A DNA stretch of 64,000 nucleotides from Mytilus trossulus. Lineage: Eukaryota. Under the pieces are notes generated by a model, which saw nothing but the letters and a program-made list of their open reading frames with translations, had not been told where the DNA came from and ran no database searches. The position numbers and the translations under genes were made by a program. The DNA is taken from contig NC_086373.1 in NCBI RefSeq assembly GCF_036588685.1, positions 41,540,001 through 41,604,000 of the forward strand, written 5' to 3'. Of the stretch, positions 51,966-64,000 are shown in pieces (the first letter of the stretch is position 1; each line of letters opens with the position of its first letter).

Positions 51966-54202
51966 TATAATATATATCAACAATATTGCAATTGCTTTAG
52001 ACCTGGTGTCATTTTCTTGGTTAGCACTACAAATAACTGTTTTGAACACCTTATACGTATTTAGTATGCAAACTGTTTGTTTTACACTGATTAGAAAAGA
52101 ACGCCAGGCTAACAATTATGGAATACACAACACTGATGCATAAAAGATTTATGGTGCTTTCCATTTTTTCAATGTTACTTCAACGGAAATTTTAAATCCA
52201 TATGCATAAAGGTAGATAACACGATGTAAAAATGTAAGCGTGTGATTTGAATTCTTGGAAGTGTTATTGTAAACCAAAGTACATATATAGGTTTAACATC
52301 TTGCTCACAGAAGATTATTTTTCATTTAGGCTTTTTTTATTTTATATAATTTTGGCTTTTTCAAAATAATTGCGATCTATCTCCCTTTTTTATATGTGTT
52401 TGTCAATCGAATGGAAGCCATTTTTCCTCTGACAGGGCTTTTTCGATATTCATATGGGGCAGACTTTAAACAATAGCTTCTCAAAAAATTGTAAAGATAC
52501 AAGAACTACGATTAACTTTAGATTTGAAAATGTAAATTTGTGTTTTGTTGTCTTTAATTTTTACTTATTTGCTTTGTCTAATTCACGTGTTGTGCTTATA
52601 TACTACATGTTTTCTTGTTTTTATATTGATTAACATTATAACACAACTTTTTTCTGACATTTTTACCTATGATATCTCATTGTTTTTTTCACACATCGTT
52701 ATCAATATAATGGAATTTGAAGCAACTGTCATACAAGTCAAAGGTTTAACCAGCTATTCAACAAGGTTTAATCCATCAGTTTCTGCAAAAGAAAAAGTGT
52801 GTACCAAGTCAGGAAAATATCAGTTGATATCCCTTTGTTTAATGCGTATGAGAATTTGATTTTTTAAGGTGATTAGGGACTTTAAGAGACGTTTTGTCCG
52901 CCTGAAATAATAAATTTAACACAAAATGTTAATACGGAACGAAAGAACAAGATATTTTTACATATCAAAACTTAAGTTAAAATAAAATTTTACATTTCAG
53001 GACAAAATGTCGAGAGGCAACAAAAAAGGATATTTTCTTTTTTTTAACCCAAGATAAAACTGACGGTGCCCAGATTAGACTCAACTTTGTTTCAATTTTT
53101 AGTTTTCCTTCAAAATTTGTTCCTTATATGTTATAGACTCCAGTTTATTTAATACTAGTAAACCGTTTGCAAACAAACCGCTAGTATTGTGTATATGTTT
53201 AATATCCTAAAAAAGAAGAGTCTCCCAACGTCAACCAGTTCACCTTTAAGAGTGGTTTTTCAAGCAATTTAAAGAAATACTAATATCGTTTAAAAGGAAA
53301 TAAAAGACTTCAGATTATTATTTTTTTGGTATTGTTCAAGTCTCTGGCTATTACCAAAACATCCATCAATTTATTTGCAAACATTAATAATAGGTCAATG
53401 CAATATGTCATAACACGTACATGTATTATGACGTAACGAAAACTATGTCGATTGTATGAGGAAACAAAATGTGTTTTTGACCCTGAGAATATTTCTGTGA
53501 ACATATATTGCAATTCCTTAGTACTACGACAGTGTGACATTTAAAAATAAACAACGAATTCATCATTTGCGGTTAACTTTAAACTTTCCTTGTGTACATG
53601 TATATTATAGACAATATAATTGAAAACGAACGATATAAAAGAGCGATTTGGAGGCAGTAAACATTATTCATTAGAAATAGTTCAAATTGATCCAAACAAA
53701 GGTAAGAAATTATTAAAGCAGAATCATAACTATTTGGTATTAATAAATAGGAAAGAAATAACTAAAATTAATGCCATAGTAACAAAGGTAGGAAATAAGT
53801 GATAAAATATTTAGAAAATTGTATTTATAAAGTTTTAAGCGTGATGCATAGTTCAATAGTTTGGTTTTGATCTCAATAATTTGAATTTAGATTCAGTAAC
53901 ACAAAACTGCTTCAAACTTTAATTTATTTTCATAACTTATATTTACTGTGACTATCAGACGTTTTATTCGGAATGAAATAATTATTGGAGATATTCAAGT
54001 TATAATCTTTTTTCTGCATTTGTAAATTGTGCGTAAACATCCTATGTACCTTCTAATTTGTAATGTGAACCTTATTTCTCTGTTAAATCATATTGCATTT
54101 CTAAATTGAAACTTTATTTCCACAATAAACATATCTCGTATTAAATTATTTGAACTGCTATTTTGTAAGTTACGATATTTTTCCTCTAAATTTCAGACTT
54201 GA

Positions 54203-55453
54203 ATGATGACATTCCAGACCATTTTCGTTTTGATGGCATTGGCCACAATAACAGCAGCCGGTAAGAAAAATATTCAATGTGTTTTAGTCGAAATTTATAA
54301 ACTGTATCAAATAAAAGTCTTTTCATTATAAAATTTAAAAAAAAACCACAGAATGTTAAGATATTTCCAAAACCGAACAGTCTCTGCAATGGCTTACAAC
54401 AACGTTATTTTGCTAAAACTGTGTGGTTGTTTAATTTGCGATAATAATTGATATTTTTGTATTGTTAAATAAAAAAAAATCACCAGTATTTTTTTCCCCA
54501 ATTACTGTGGATTCATTTATTTTCGTGGGAACCAATTTTCGTGGTTTGAGGTGAACTTACATATTCGTGGATATTTTTTTTCGTTGTTTTGGTAAAGTCA
54601 ACACTAATTACTTAGAAAATTTGTTATTCGTTGAACATTTGAATTCGTGGTTCTCCTGTACCCACGAAATCTACGAAAACTGGTATCCAACGAATATTAA
54701 TGAATCCACAGTAATCAACTCATGAAAATCACATAAATTGTCAGATATTCAATATTTACAGTATATGCACCCTCGGATAAGCATGCATTAGATAGACATG
54801 GAGTGGAGAAAGTTTTACTGGTCGAAAACACAGTTGGTACAAACATAAACAGGCGTCGTGGTGACGGATCTCTTTCTGTACTGGATATTATTGATGCAAA
54901 TAGACGAGCAGGATCAAGAAATGTTGGAACATCTCATGGAATAGGCAGTGAGTTTATTACACACGGGTCATCTTCCGGTAGAGGATTTTCTGGAGCTTCA
55001 GTTGGTGGCAGGACCTCTGTATCTGGAAGCATAAGAGGCTCTTCAATTGGTTTGTCCCGTGCTTTATCTGACGATGATGATCATTTCACGTCTGGTAGCC
55101 GAATTGCTTCATCTGGTCTAGCTAGAAATTTGGATCTGTCAAGAAACTCTCATTTGGAAACTATTGGTATTGGTAGTGGCCATGGAGTGTCTGGTCATTC
55201 AGGTGCAGATATTCTTGACGCAATCAGTTCTGGACGAAGTGGGCGTGTTGTACTGGACACTGTGTCTTCAAGACGTAGTTTATCAGCACGTACTTCAGGT
55301 TCAGGATTCGGTTCTCAGTCAGTGATAGGAGGAAAAACTGATTGCAAAAACGACTGTTTTAGTGATGGAGATTGTCCAACAAATAGATACTGTGCCACTG
55401 TTAATTGTCACAGAATTTGCAGAAGAAGACTGTCTAATGGATACTCATCATGA
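54203..55453 (+). CDS. Cluster gene 5 (subtype A): secreted Ser/Gly/Arg-rich protein, one WAP-like module (249 aa)
   Basis: Exon 2 coding part 54203-54260; exon 3 54762-55453. Exon 1 ~53664-53701; TATAAAA at 53634-53640. Confidence 0.9.
54505..54711. mobile_element. TA-target MITE in gene 5 intron 2
   Basis: TIR CTGTGGATTCATT / AATGAATCCACAG. The empty site CCAATTAATCAAC in gene 6 intron 2 (~58077-58091) shows TA duplication. Degenerate relative at ~2747-2940. Confidence 0.9.
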
Positions 55454-55744
55454 AAAGCCTATCACCGAAATCCAGACTATGAAACTTTTTTTATATCTTT
55501 TTTAAAATAAAATATTGCATTCAGCTTTTGTTATTGTATAGATTTTTCGTTATTTTATCAAAAATATTGACAGAGTCATTTGTCAAATAAAACGTATCAG
55601 AAAAAAGATAACAGCATACAGTCATAATTACAAATATGAATAAAGATAACAAAAGCATACAGCAATTAAAAAAAATGTTCGGTGATTTTTTTTTAAATTA
55701 CAGTAATTCGTAACACAAAAAAACAACATAACAAAAACAAATAA

Positions 55745-55972
55745 AATAGTTATCAAAAGTACCAGGATTATAATTTTATACACCAGACGCGCGTTTCGTC
55801 TACATAAGACTCATCAGTGACGCTCAGATCAAAATAGTTAAAAAGCCAAAACAAATACAAAGTTGACGAGCATTGAGGACCCAAAATTCAAAAAAGTTGT
55901 GCCAAATACGGCTAAGGTAATCTACTCCTGGGGTAAGAAAACCCTTAGTTTTTCGAAAAATTCAAAGTTTTC
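55745..55972 (-). mobile_element. Retrozyme-family fragment with intact hammerhead (55780-55823)
   Basis: Minus strand reads GCGTCA-CTGATGA-GTCTTATGTAGAC-GAAAC-GCGC-GTC-TGGTGT; absent from the matching 3' flanks of genes 6 and 7. Confidence 0.8.
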
Positions 55973-56030
55973 AAAACACTTTTTTCGCCAGAGCAAAGAC
56001 AATCCCTTGTCAAGTTCTACATTGATTGGA

Positions 56031-56631
56031 GCTGCTATTTTGTTGATAACGATATTTTTCCTATAAATTTTAGACTTAGAAATGATGAGATTTCCGACCA
56101 TTTTCGTTTTGATGGCATTGATCACAATTACAGAAGCCGGTAAGAAAAATGTTCAATGTCTTTAGCCATTTTCGTTATGATGACATTGACCACAATAACA
56201 GCAGCCGGTAAGAAAAGTGTTCAATGTGTTTTTCGCGAAATTTATAAACATTATCAAATAAAAGTGTGTTCTGTGTTTAAATAAAATTTGAATGTCCTAC
56301 TAGATAATGTTCTTTAAAACAGCTGATATTTGCAAAACCGAACAGTCTCTTCCATTCGCTTGATGTGTTTTATCATTTTATTTTGCCGTTTGAATAGTGA
56401 CTTTCGGTTTTGAATTTTCTTCAGAGTTCAGTACTTTTCTTTACAATTGCTTACAACAACTTCCCTTTACATAGAATGTGTAGTTGTTTTATTGGCGATA
56501 ATACTTGAAATCATTGTATTGTTCAATAACAATAAAATACAATTTCTTTTTTCTCTAAATGAATCATTAATTAATTCATGAATATAACATAAATTGTCAG
56601 ATCTTTAATTTTACAGTATATGCATTAGATA
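56031..56631 (+). pseudogene. Truncated eighth cluster paralog (signal-peptide exon, partial duplicate, intron 2 and a stub of exon 3)
   Basis: Exon 2 copy 56074-56139 (MMRFPTIFVLMALITITEA|GTAAG), partial repeat 56166-56207, intron 2 homolog, acceptor at 56615-56616, then only TATATGCATTAGATA. No promoter or exon 1. Confidence 0.8.
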
Positions 56632-57351
56632 AACTTACAAATATATGCACCAGAACTACCTTCAACAATGATTGAAATCAATATCACATAGTTAGATAAA
56701 AATTATTTCATATGTCTTTTTATATTAGGACTGACCATATGAATGAATACATATAACAATTTACAAATAAACATATTATTTCCCAAGGTAAACATGGTTG
56801 ATAATTTTCGCAATTAAAATATATCCTCAAACTTTTTATGTTATAATTCAGGTTCCATATATACCTCTTTTTATAATCAAAGATTTCAATTCTAATATCT
56901 GTCCCTTAATCTGTTTTTGTAACGAAAACCGTTAGTTTTCTGTGTTGTCCAACTATCAGCACGTATCCAACGTAAACATGTTAAGAATGTTTGTAGTTAT
57001 TTCAGAATTCCAATCAATGTAGAACTTGACAGGGAATTGTCTTTGCTTTGGCGAAAAAAGTATTTTTTTAATTGTTTTGTTATGATTTTTGTGTGTTACG
57101 AGTTACTGTAGTTTAAAGAAATAACCGAACATTTTTTCAATTGCTGTATGCTTTTTTGATCTTTATTCATATTTGTAATTAGGACTGTATGCTGTTATAT
57201 TTTTTCTGATACGTTTTTTTGACAAATGACTTTGTCAGTATTTTGGATAAAATAACGAAAAATCTATACAATAACAAAAGCTGAATGCAATATTTTATTT
57301 TAAAAAAGATATAAAAAAATGTTCATAGTCTGGATTTCAGTGATAGGCTTT

Positions 57352-58395
57352 TCATGATGAGTATCCATTTGAAAGTCTTCTTCTGCAAATTCTGTGACAA
57401 TTAACAGTGGCACAGTATCTGTTTGTTGGACAATCTCCATCACTAAAACAGTCGTTTTTACAATCAGTTTTTCCTCCTATTACTGACTGAGAAACGAATC
57501 CTGAACCTGAGGTATGTGCTGATCCACTACGTCTTGCAGAAACAGTGTCTAGTACAATACGCCCTCCTCGTCTAGAACTGATTGCGTCAAGATTATCTGC
57601 ACCTGGATGACCAGACACTCCATGGCCACTACCAATAGTTTTCAAATGAGATTTTCTTGACAGATCCAAATTTCTAGACAGACCAGATGAACCAATTCGG
57701 CTACCAGACGTGAAATGATCATCATCGTCAGATAAAGCACGGGACAAACCAATCGAGGAGCCTCTAATGCTTCCAGATACAGAGGTCCTTCCACCAACTG
57801 AAGCTCCAGACAATCCTCTACCGGAAGATGACCCGTGTGTAATAAACTCACTACCTATTCCATGAGATGTTCCAACATTTCTTGATTCCGCACGTCTATT
57901 TGCATCAATAACATCCAGTACTGAAAGAGATCCGTCACCACGACGCCTGTTTATGTTTCTACCAACTGTGTTTTCGACCAGTAAAAGTTTCTCCATTCCA
58001 TGTCTGTCAAGTGCATGCTTTTCCGAGGGTGCATATACTGAAAAATTGAATATCTGACAATTTATGTGATTTTCATGCGTTGATTAATTGGAAAAAAAAA
58101 TACTGGTGATTTTTTTTTTATTTAACAATACAATAATATCAATTATTATCGCCAATAAAACAACTACACACTTTTAGCAAAAGAACGTTGTTGTAAGGCA
58201 TTGCAGAGACTGTTCGATTTCGGAAATATCTTAACATTCTTTGTTATTTTTTTTTAAATGTTATCTACACAAGGAAAACACCTCTATTTGATACAGTTTA
58301 CATATTTCGACTAAAACACATTGAACATTTTTCTTACCGGCTGCTGTTATTGTGGCCAATGCAATCAAAACGAAAATGGTCTGGAATGTCATCAT
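57352..58395 (-). CDS. Cluster gene 6 (subtype A): secreted Ser/Gly/Arg-rich protein, one WAP-like module (247 aa)
   Basis: Exon 2 coding part 58395-58338; exon 3 58037-57352. Exon 1 ~59048-59011; TATAAAA at 59078-59072. Confidence 0.9.
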
Positions 58396-61300
58396 TCAAG
58401 TCTGAAATTTAGAGGAAAAATATCGTTACTTACAAAATAGCAGTTCAAATAATTTAATAACGAATTATGTAAATTGTGGAAATAAAGTTTCAATTTAGAA
58501 AATTAATACAATATGATTCAACAGAGAAATAAGTTCACATTACAAATTAGAAAGATACATAGGATTTATATTCACATTTTACAAATGCAGAAAAAGGAAC
58601 TTGCATAACTTGCATTGATTGTCAAGTATAAGTATAAGATAAACATATATCTTAACAGTATTCAAACATAAGAACCAAATATTACTTCGAACGATTAATA
58701 ACTTGAATATCTCCAATATTTATTTCATTCCGAATTAAACGTCTGATAGATTTTAAAACACAGTAAATATTAGTTATGAGAATAAATTATACTTTGAAGT
58801 AGTATTGTGTAACTGAATCTAAATTCAAATTGCTGAGATCAAAACCAAAATATTGAACTATGCATCACGCTTTAAACTGTATAAATACAATTTTCTAAAT
58901 CTTTTATAACTTATTTCATATCTTTTTTACTGTAGCATTAATTTTAATTGTTATGTCTTTTCTATTTATTTATACCAAACAGTTATGATTCTGCTTTTAT
59001 AATTTCTTACCTTTGTTTGGATCAATTTGAATTATTTCGAATGAATAATGTTTACTGCCTCAAACTCGCTCTTTTATACCGTTCGTTTTCAATTGTATTG
59101 TTTATAATACACATGAACACAAGGAAAGTTTAAAGTTAACCGAAAATGATGAATTCATTGTTTTTATGTGCATTTTTAAATGTCACACTGTCGTAGTACT
59201 AAGGAATTGCAATATATGTTCACAGAAATATTCTCAGGGTCAAAAACACATTTTGTTTCCTTGTACAATCGACATAGTTTTCGTTACGTCATAATACATG
59301 TACGTGTTATGAAATAGTGCTCTGACCTATTATTAATGTTTGCAAATAAATTGATGGTATGTTTAGTAATAACCAGAGACTTGAACAATACGAAACAAAT
59401 AAAAATAAACTGAAGTGTTTTATTTCCTTTTTAACAATACTAGTTTTTCTTTGAAATGCTTGGAAAACTACTCTTAAAGGTTAACTGGTTATCGTTGGAA
59501 AACTCTTCTATTTTTTTTCAGAATTTTAAACATATACACAATACTAGCGGTTTGTTTGCTAACGGTTTACTAGTATTAAATAAACTGGAGTCTATAACAT
59601 ATAAGTAACAAATTTTGAAGGAAAACTAAGAATTAAAACAAAGTTGTGTCAAATCTTGGCACCGTCAGTTTTATCTTGGGTTAAAAAAAAGAATATGTCT
59701 TTTTTTGTTGCCTCTTGACATTTTGTCCTGAAATGTAAAATTTCAGACAATTATCTTTTATTTTAACTTAAGTTTTGAGATATAAAAATGCCTTGTTCTT
59801 TTGTTCCGTATTAACATTTTGTGTTATATTTATTTTTTCAGGCGGACAAAACGTCTCTTAGGTCCCTAATCCCATTGAGAATCAAACGCTCATCACATCA
59901 AACAAAGGGATATCCACTAGTATATTCCTGACTTGATACAAGCATTTTCTTTTGCAGAAACTGATGGATTAAACCTTGTTGCATAGCTGGCTAAACCTTT
60001 CACTTGTATGACAGTTGCATTTAATTCCATTTTATTGACAACAATGTGTGAAAAAACCAATGAGATTTCATAGGTAAAAATATCAGAAAAAAGTTGTGTT
60101 CTAATGTTAATCAATATATAAACAAGAAAGGATGTAGTATGTAAACACACAATGTGATATAGACAAAGGACATGAGCAAAAATGAAAAACAAGAAAACAC
60201 AAATTTACATTTATTATCAAATCTAAAGTTAAAGGTAGTTCTTGTATCTTTACAATTTTCTTGAGAAGCTATTGTTTAAAGTCTGCCTCATATGAATAAA
60301 GGAAAAGCCCAGTCAGAGGAAAAATGGCTTCCATTCGATTGGCAAACACAAATAAAAAAGGGAGATAGATCGCAAGTATTTTGAAAAAGCCAAAATTATA
60401 TAAAATAGAAAAAAGCCTAAATGAAAAATAATCTTTTTTGAGCAAAATGTTAAACCTATATATGAACTTTGGTTTACAATAAACACTTCCGAGAATTCAA
60501 ATCACACGCTTACATCGTTTTATCTACCTTTATGCATATGTATTTAAAATTTCTATTGCGTTATTATACATATTTAATTATAGATACCTCTTAATAATTA
60601 GTGTGTTTAAAAAAGAAACATTCGAACAAATATCAAGCTTTGGTTTTCAAGTAATTTTATTTAAAAAAATTTTAACGTCTAAACCAAGAGAAAATAAAAG
60701 TCTTTCGGATTGTTTTGTTAAAAATATACAAAATTCTAATTAATAACTTGCAATTCTAACCATATTGTTGATCAGTCAAAATAATATTTCGTAGTAACTA
60801 CGTGTATTATGACATAATGTCAAATGTGTGTGTAGTAGGAAGAAAAGGAAATAACCCTGAGTACAGTTTTTTTTTTTTATAAATAAGCATAATCCAAGAC
60901 TGCAAAGTAAAATGACATGGTGACATTTAAAAGTTTGAACCATAATTTACAAATTCATCATTTGTGGTTGATATACAAATTTCCTTGTGTGTATGTCAAC
61001 TATTAGAAAAAAGTTGAATACGGTATAAAAGAACGATTCTGAAGCAATATAACAATATTCATTACAAACTATTCCTATTGTTTTATACTAAGGTAAGAAA
61101 TATACATATTTATTAAAAATAAAAATGCTAGATACACATAGCAATAACTATGAAAATACTAGATAGTAGATACACATAGCAATTACTATGAAAATTTAAC
61201 TCATATAACACAGATAAACAAGAACTAATTCATTGAGGAATTAAAATAAATTTATACATACTGTATGGTACAAATATTTTAATTGTAAGTAAATTCTCTG

Positions 61301-61521
61301 TATGTAAAAAAAATCATTTAAACTAAAAGAAAGCAAAGGAGGAAGTTGTAAGAAAAAAGCATTGTAAAACAATTTAATTAAGTATGGTTTTTTAGAGTGA
61401 TTGCCTGATTTACTCAACGATTCATTCTTTCTTTAAGCAATTGAAAATCAAGAGACACATGCACATCTAAATTCCAGTAACGTAAAACATTAATTCTGGT
61501 TTTTTTTCAGAAATTATAAAG

Positions 61522-62704
61522 ATGATGAGATTCCAAACCATTTTCATTTTAATGGCTTTGACCACAATAACAGTAGCTGGTAAGTAAATTTACTGTGGGT
61601 TTATAGTATGTTTTTATAAAAACAATTTGGGTGTTGAGATACAAAATTCCCAATACCTTACCATAATACAATTTTCAAAAAGATATAATTTCTGTACATA
61701 AGAGGGTTAATTACTAACATCTACGTATGTTTGTATACATAAAAGAAAAATTCACAAATTTCTGTTTTTTTTTTAAATTGATTCATATTTGTCATGTGGA
61801 GTCTTTAAAAGCTTACTATACAGTATGAGCCTACATCTGTCCTGAAATCGTACGTTCCCTGCAGTTGATTACATTCTAGTCATTTCATTTTAAGTTTAAG
61901 GTAATCAAATTGGTAAAAAAAACACATTTTCTAATATCTACGTATCAACAAATTTTTTTTTTGTTGTATATTAACTAGATTTGTGAAAATTATAACACGT
62001 CAAATATTCATTTTACAGTATATGCACCAACAGACAAACATGCATTAGACAGACATGGAGTAGCAAAAGTTTTTCTGGATGAACACACAGTTGGAAGAAA
62101 CATAAACAGGCGTCGTGGTGATGGATCTCTTTCTGTACTGGATGTTATTGATGCAAATAGACGAGCAGGATCAAGAGGAGTTGCAACATCTCATGGAATA
62201 GGCAGTGAGTTTATTACACATGGGTCATCTTCCGGTAGAGGATTATCTGGAGTTTCAGTTGGTGGCAGGACCGCTGTATCTGGAAGCATTAGAGGCTCTT
62301 CAATTGGTTTGTCCCGTGCTTTATCTGACGCTAATGATCAGTTCACGTCTGGTAGCCGAATTGGTTCATCTGGTCTGGCTAGAAATTTGGATCTGTCAAG
62401 AAATTCTCATTTGGAAACTATTGGTAGTGGCCATGGAGTGTCTGGTCATTCGGGTGCAGATATTCCTGACGCAATCAGTTCTGGACGAGGTGGGCGTGTT
62501 GTACTAGACACTGTTTCTGCCAGACGGAGTGGATCAGCACGTACTTCAGGTTCAGGAGTCGTTTCTCAGTCAGTGCTAGGAGGAAACACTGTTTGCAAAA
62601 ACGACTGTTTTAGTGATGGAGATTGTCCAACAAACAGATACTGTGCCACTGTAAATTGTCACAGAATTTGCAGAAGAAGACTGTCAAATGGATACTCATC
62701 ATGA
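61522..62704 (+). CDS. Cluster gene 7 (subtype B 5' region): secreted Ser/Gly/Arg-rich protein, one WAP-like module (247 aa)
   Basis: Exon 2 coding part 61522-61579 (MMRFQTIFILMALTTITVA); exon 3 62019-62704, open and in frame with ORF 62309..62704. Exon 1 ~61054-61092; TATAAAA at 61024-61030. Confidence 0.9.
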
Positions 62705-64000
62705 AAAGCCTATCACCGAAATCCAGACTATGAACCTTTTTTTATATCTTTTTTAAAATAAAATATTGCATTTAGCTTTTGTTATTGTATAGATTTTTTT
62801 GTTATTTTATCAAAAATATTGACAAAGTCATTTGTCAAATAAAACGTATCAGAAAAATAAAAACAGCATACAGTCATAAATACAAATATGAATAAAGATA
62901 ACAAAAGCATACAGCAGTTTTAAAAAATGTTCGGTAATTTGTTTAAATTACAGTTACTCGTAACACACAAAAAACATAACAAAAACAATCATAAAACATT
63001 TTCATCGCCAAAAGCAAAGACAATTCCTTGTCAATCTATACATTGATTGGAATTCTGAAATAACTACAAACATTCTTAGAAATTTTATGTTGGATACATG
63101 CTGATAGCTAGACAACACGGAAAACTAACGATTTTCTTTACAAAAACAGATAAATGGAGAATATTAGCATAGAAATATTTGATTATAAAAAGATGTATAC
63201 ATGGAACCTGAATTATAACATAAAAAGTATGAGGATATATTTGATTGCGAAAACTGTTAACCATGTTTACCTTGGGAAATAATATGTTTATTTGTAAATT
63301 GTTATATGTATACATTCATAAAGTTCGTGCTTGATGTAAAAAGACATATGAACTTATTTTTATCTAACTGTGGGATTGGATTTCAATCATTGTTGAAGGT
63401 AATTCTGGAGCATTTAGTTGTAAATTTCAACATTGTTACGTGTATGATGGATATTTGTCTTATCGGTAATCATTCCATATCTTATATCTTTATTAATTTG
63501 ACAGGTAAAAGTCTTCCAGCTGCACTCTTTAATATCAATTCTCTGTAATTATCAAACAATGTCAATACTGGCTGGCCACACTACCTTTTCAAATTTCTTT
63601 AAACTTATTGTGTGTAGTCACACTACATAACCATTAATGTTTTCAATAAAAAAAAATAACCAAAATGATGGGTTGCTATGGAAACGGTGTTACCTATTTT
63701 TCATACAATGGCCTCCTGAGAAAAAACACAAAAACTGCAATTCTGACCAATTTAATTGACATAATATAGTATAATATTTACAATACAGTAAAATATGCTT
63801 TATTTATCTTAAACTACTGTATTTCAAGTTTCTTATCATATAAAAAAATATTCATAAAAATAATTTTGCATAATTCAAAACGGCACTTTATATATACAAA
63901 TTTTGGCATTTTACCAAATCAAGAAAATTCCCTTTGGGAGCCTATTTTGAATAGATTTTGTTTACCTTTGCACACTGATTTGAAACTAAACTAATGATAA

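Larger units (their letters stand above)
52186..60553. repeat. Large inverted duplication: arms ~52186-56030 and ~57009-60553 (genes 5 and 6)
   Basis: Continuous reverse-complement homology from upstream flanks through introns to 3' flanks. Confidence 0.88.

Noticed and set aside
62205-62507. Alternative-frame ORFs overlapping exon 3 in several paralogs (23870, 48804, 57642, 62205)
   Set aside because: Variable starts and stops; explained by codon bias of the Ser/Gly-rich main frame.

Overview
AT-rich eukaryotic genomic DNA with GT-AG introns. The repeat families suggest a bivalve mollusc, probably a Mytilus-type mussel (inference). (1) Positions 1-12.2 kb hold the 5' part of a minus-strand multi-exon gene: 8 phase-compatible coding exons, N-terminal CxxC zinc ribbons followed by a long acidic low-complexity region. 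It is probably RNF213-like, and its promoter and intron 1 carry IRF/ISRE-type motifs. (2) Positions 23.5-62.7 kb hold a cluster of 7 intact paralogous 3-exon genes plus 1 pseudogene. They encode secreted Ser/Gly/Arg-rich proteins (246-307 aa) ending in a 6-Cys module, C-x3-C-x5-C-x5-C-x4-C-x3-C, which looks like a WAP domain that has lost its C1-C6 disulfide. Genes 2-7 form three head-to-head pairs of two subtypes, and the last four sit in a ~16-kb quasi-palindrome. All seven share a conserved TATA promoter. (3) Mobile DNA is abundant: an apparently intact RLE-type (HERO-like) non-LTR retrotransposon, CR1-like and Penelope-like fragments, retrozyme-like repeats carrying hammerhead ribozymes, hAT/Kolobok/TA-MITEs and long palindromes. 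All gene models were built by eye from splice signals and phase consistency; no database searches were run.
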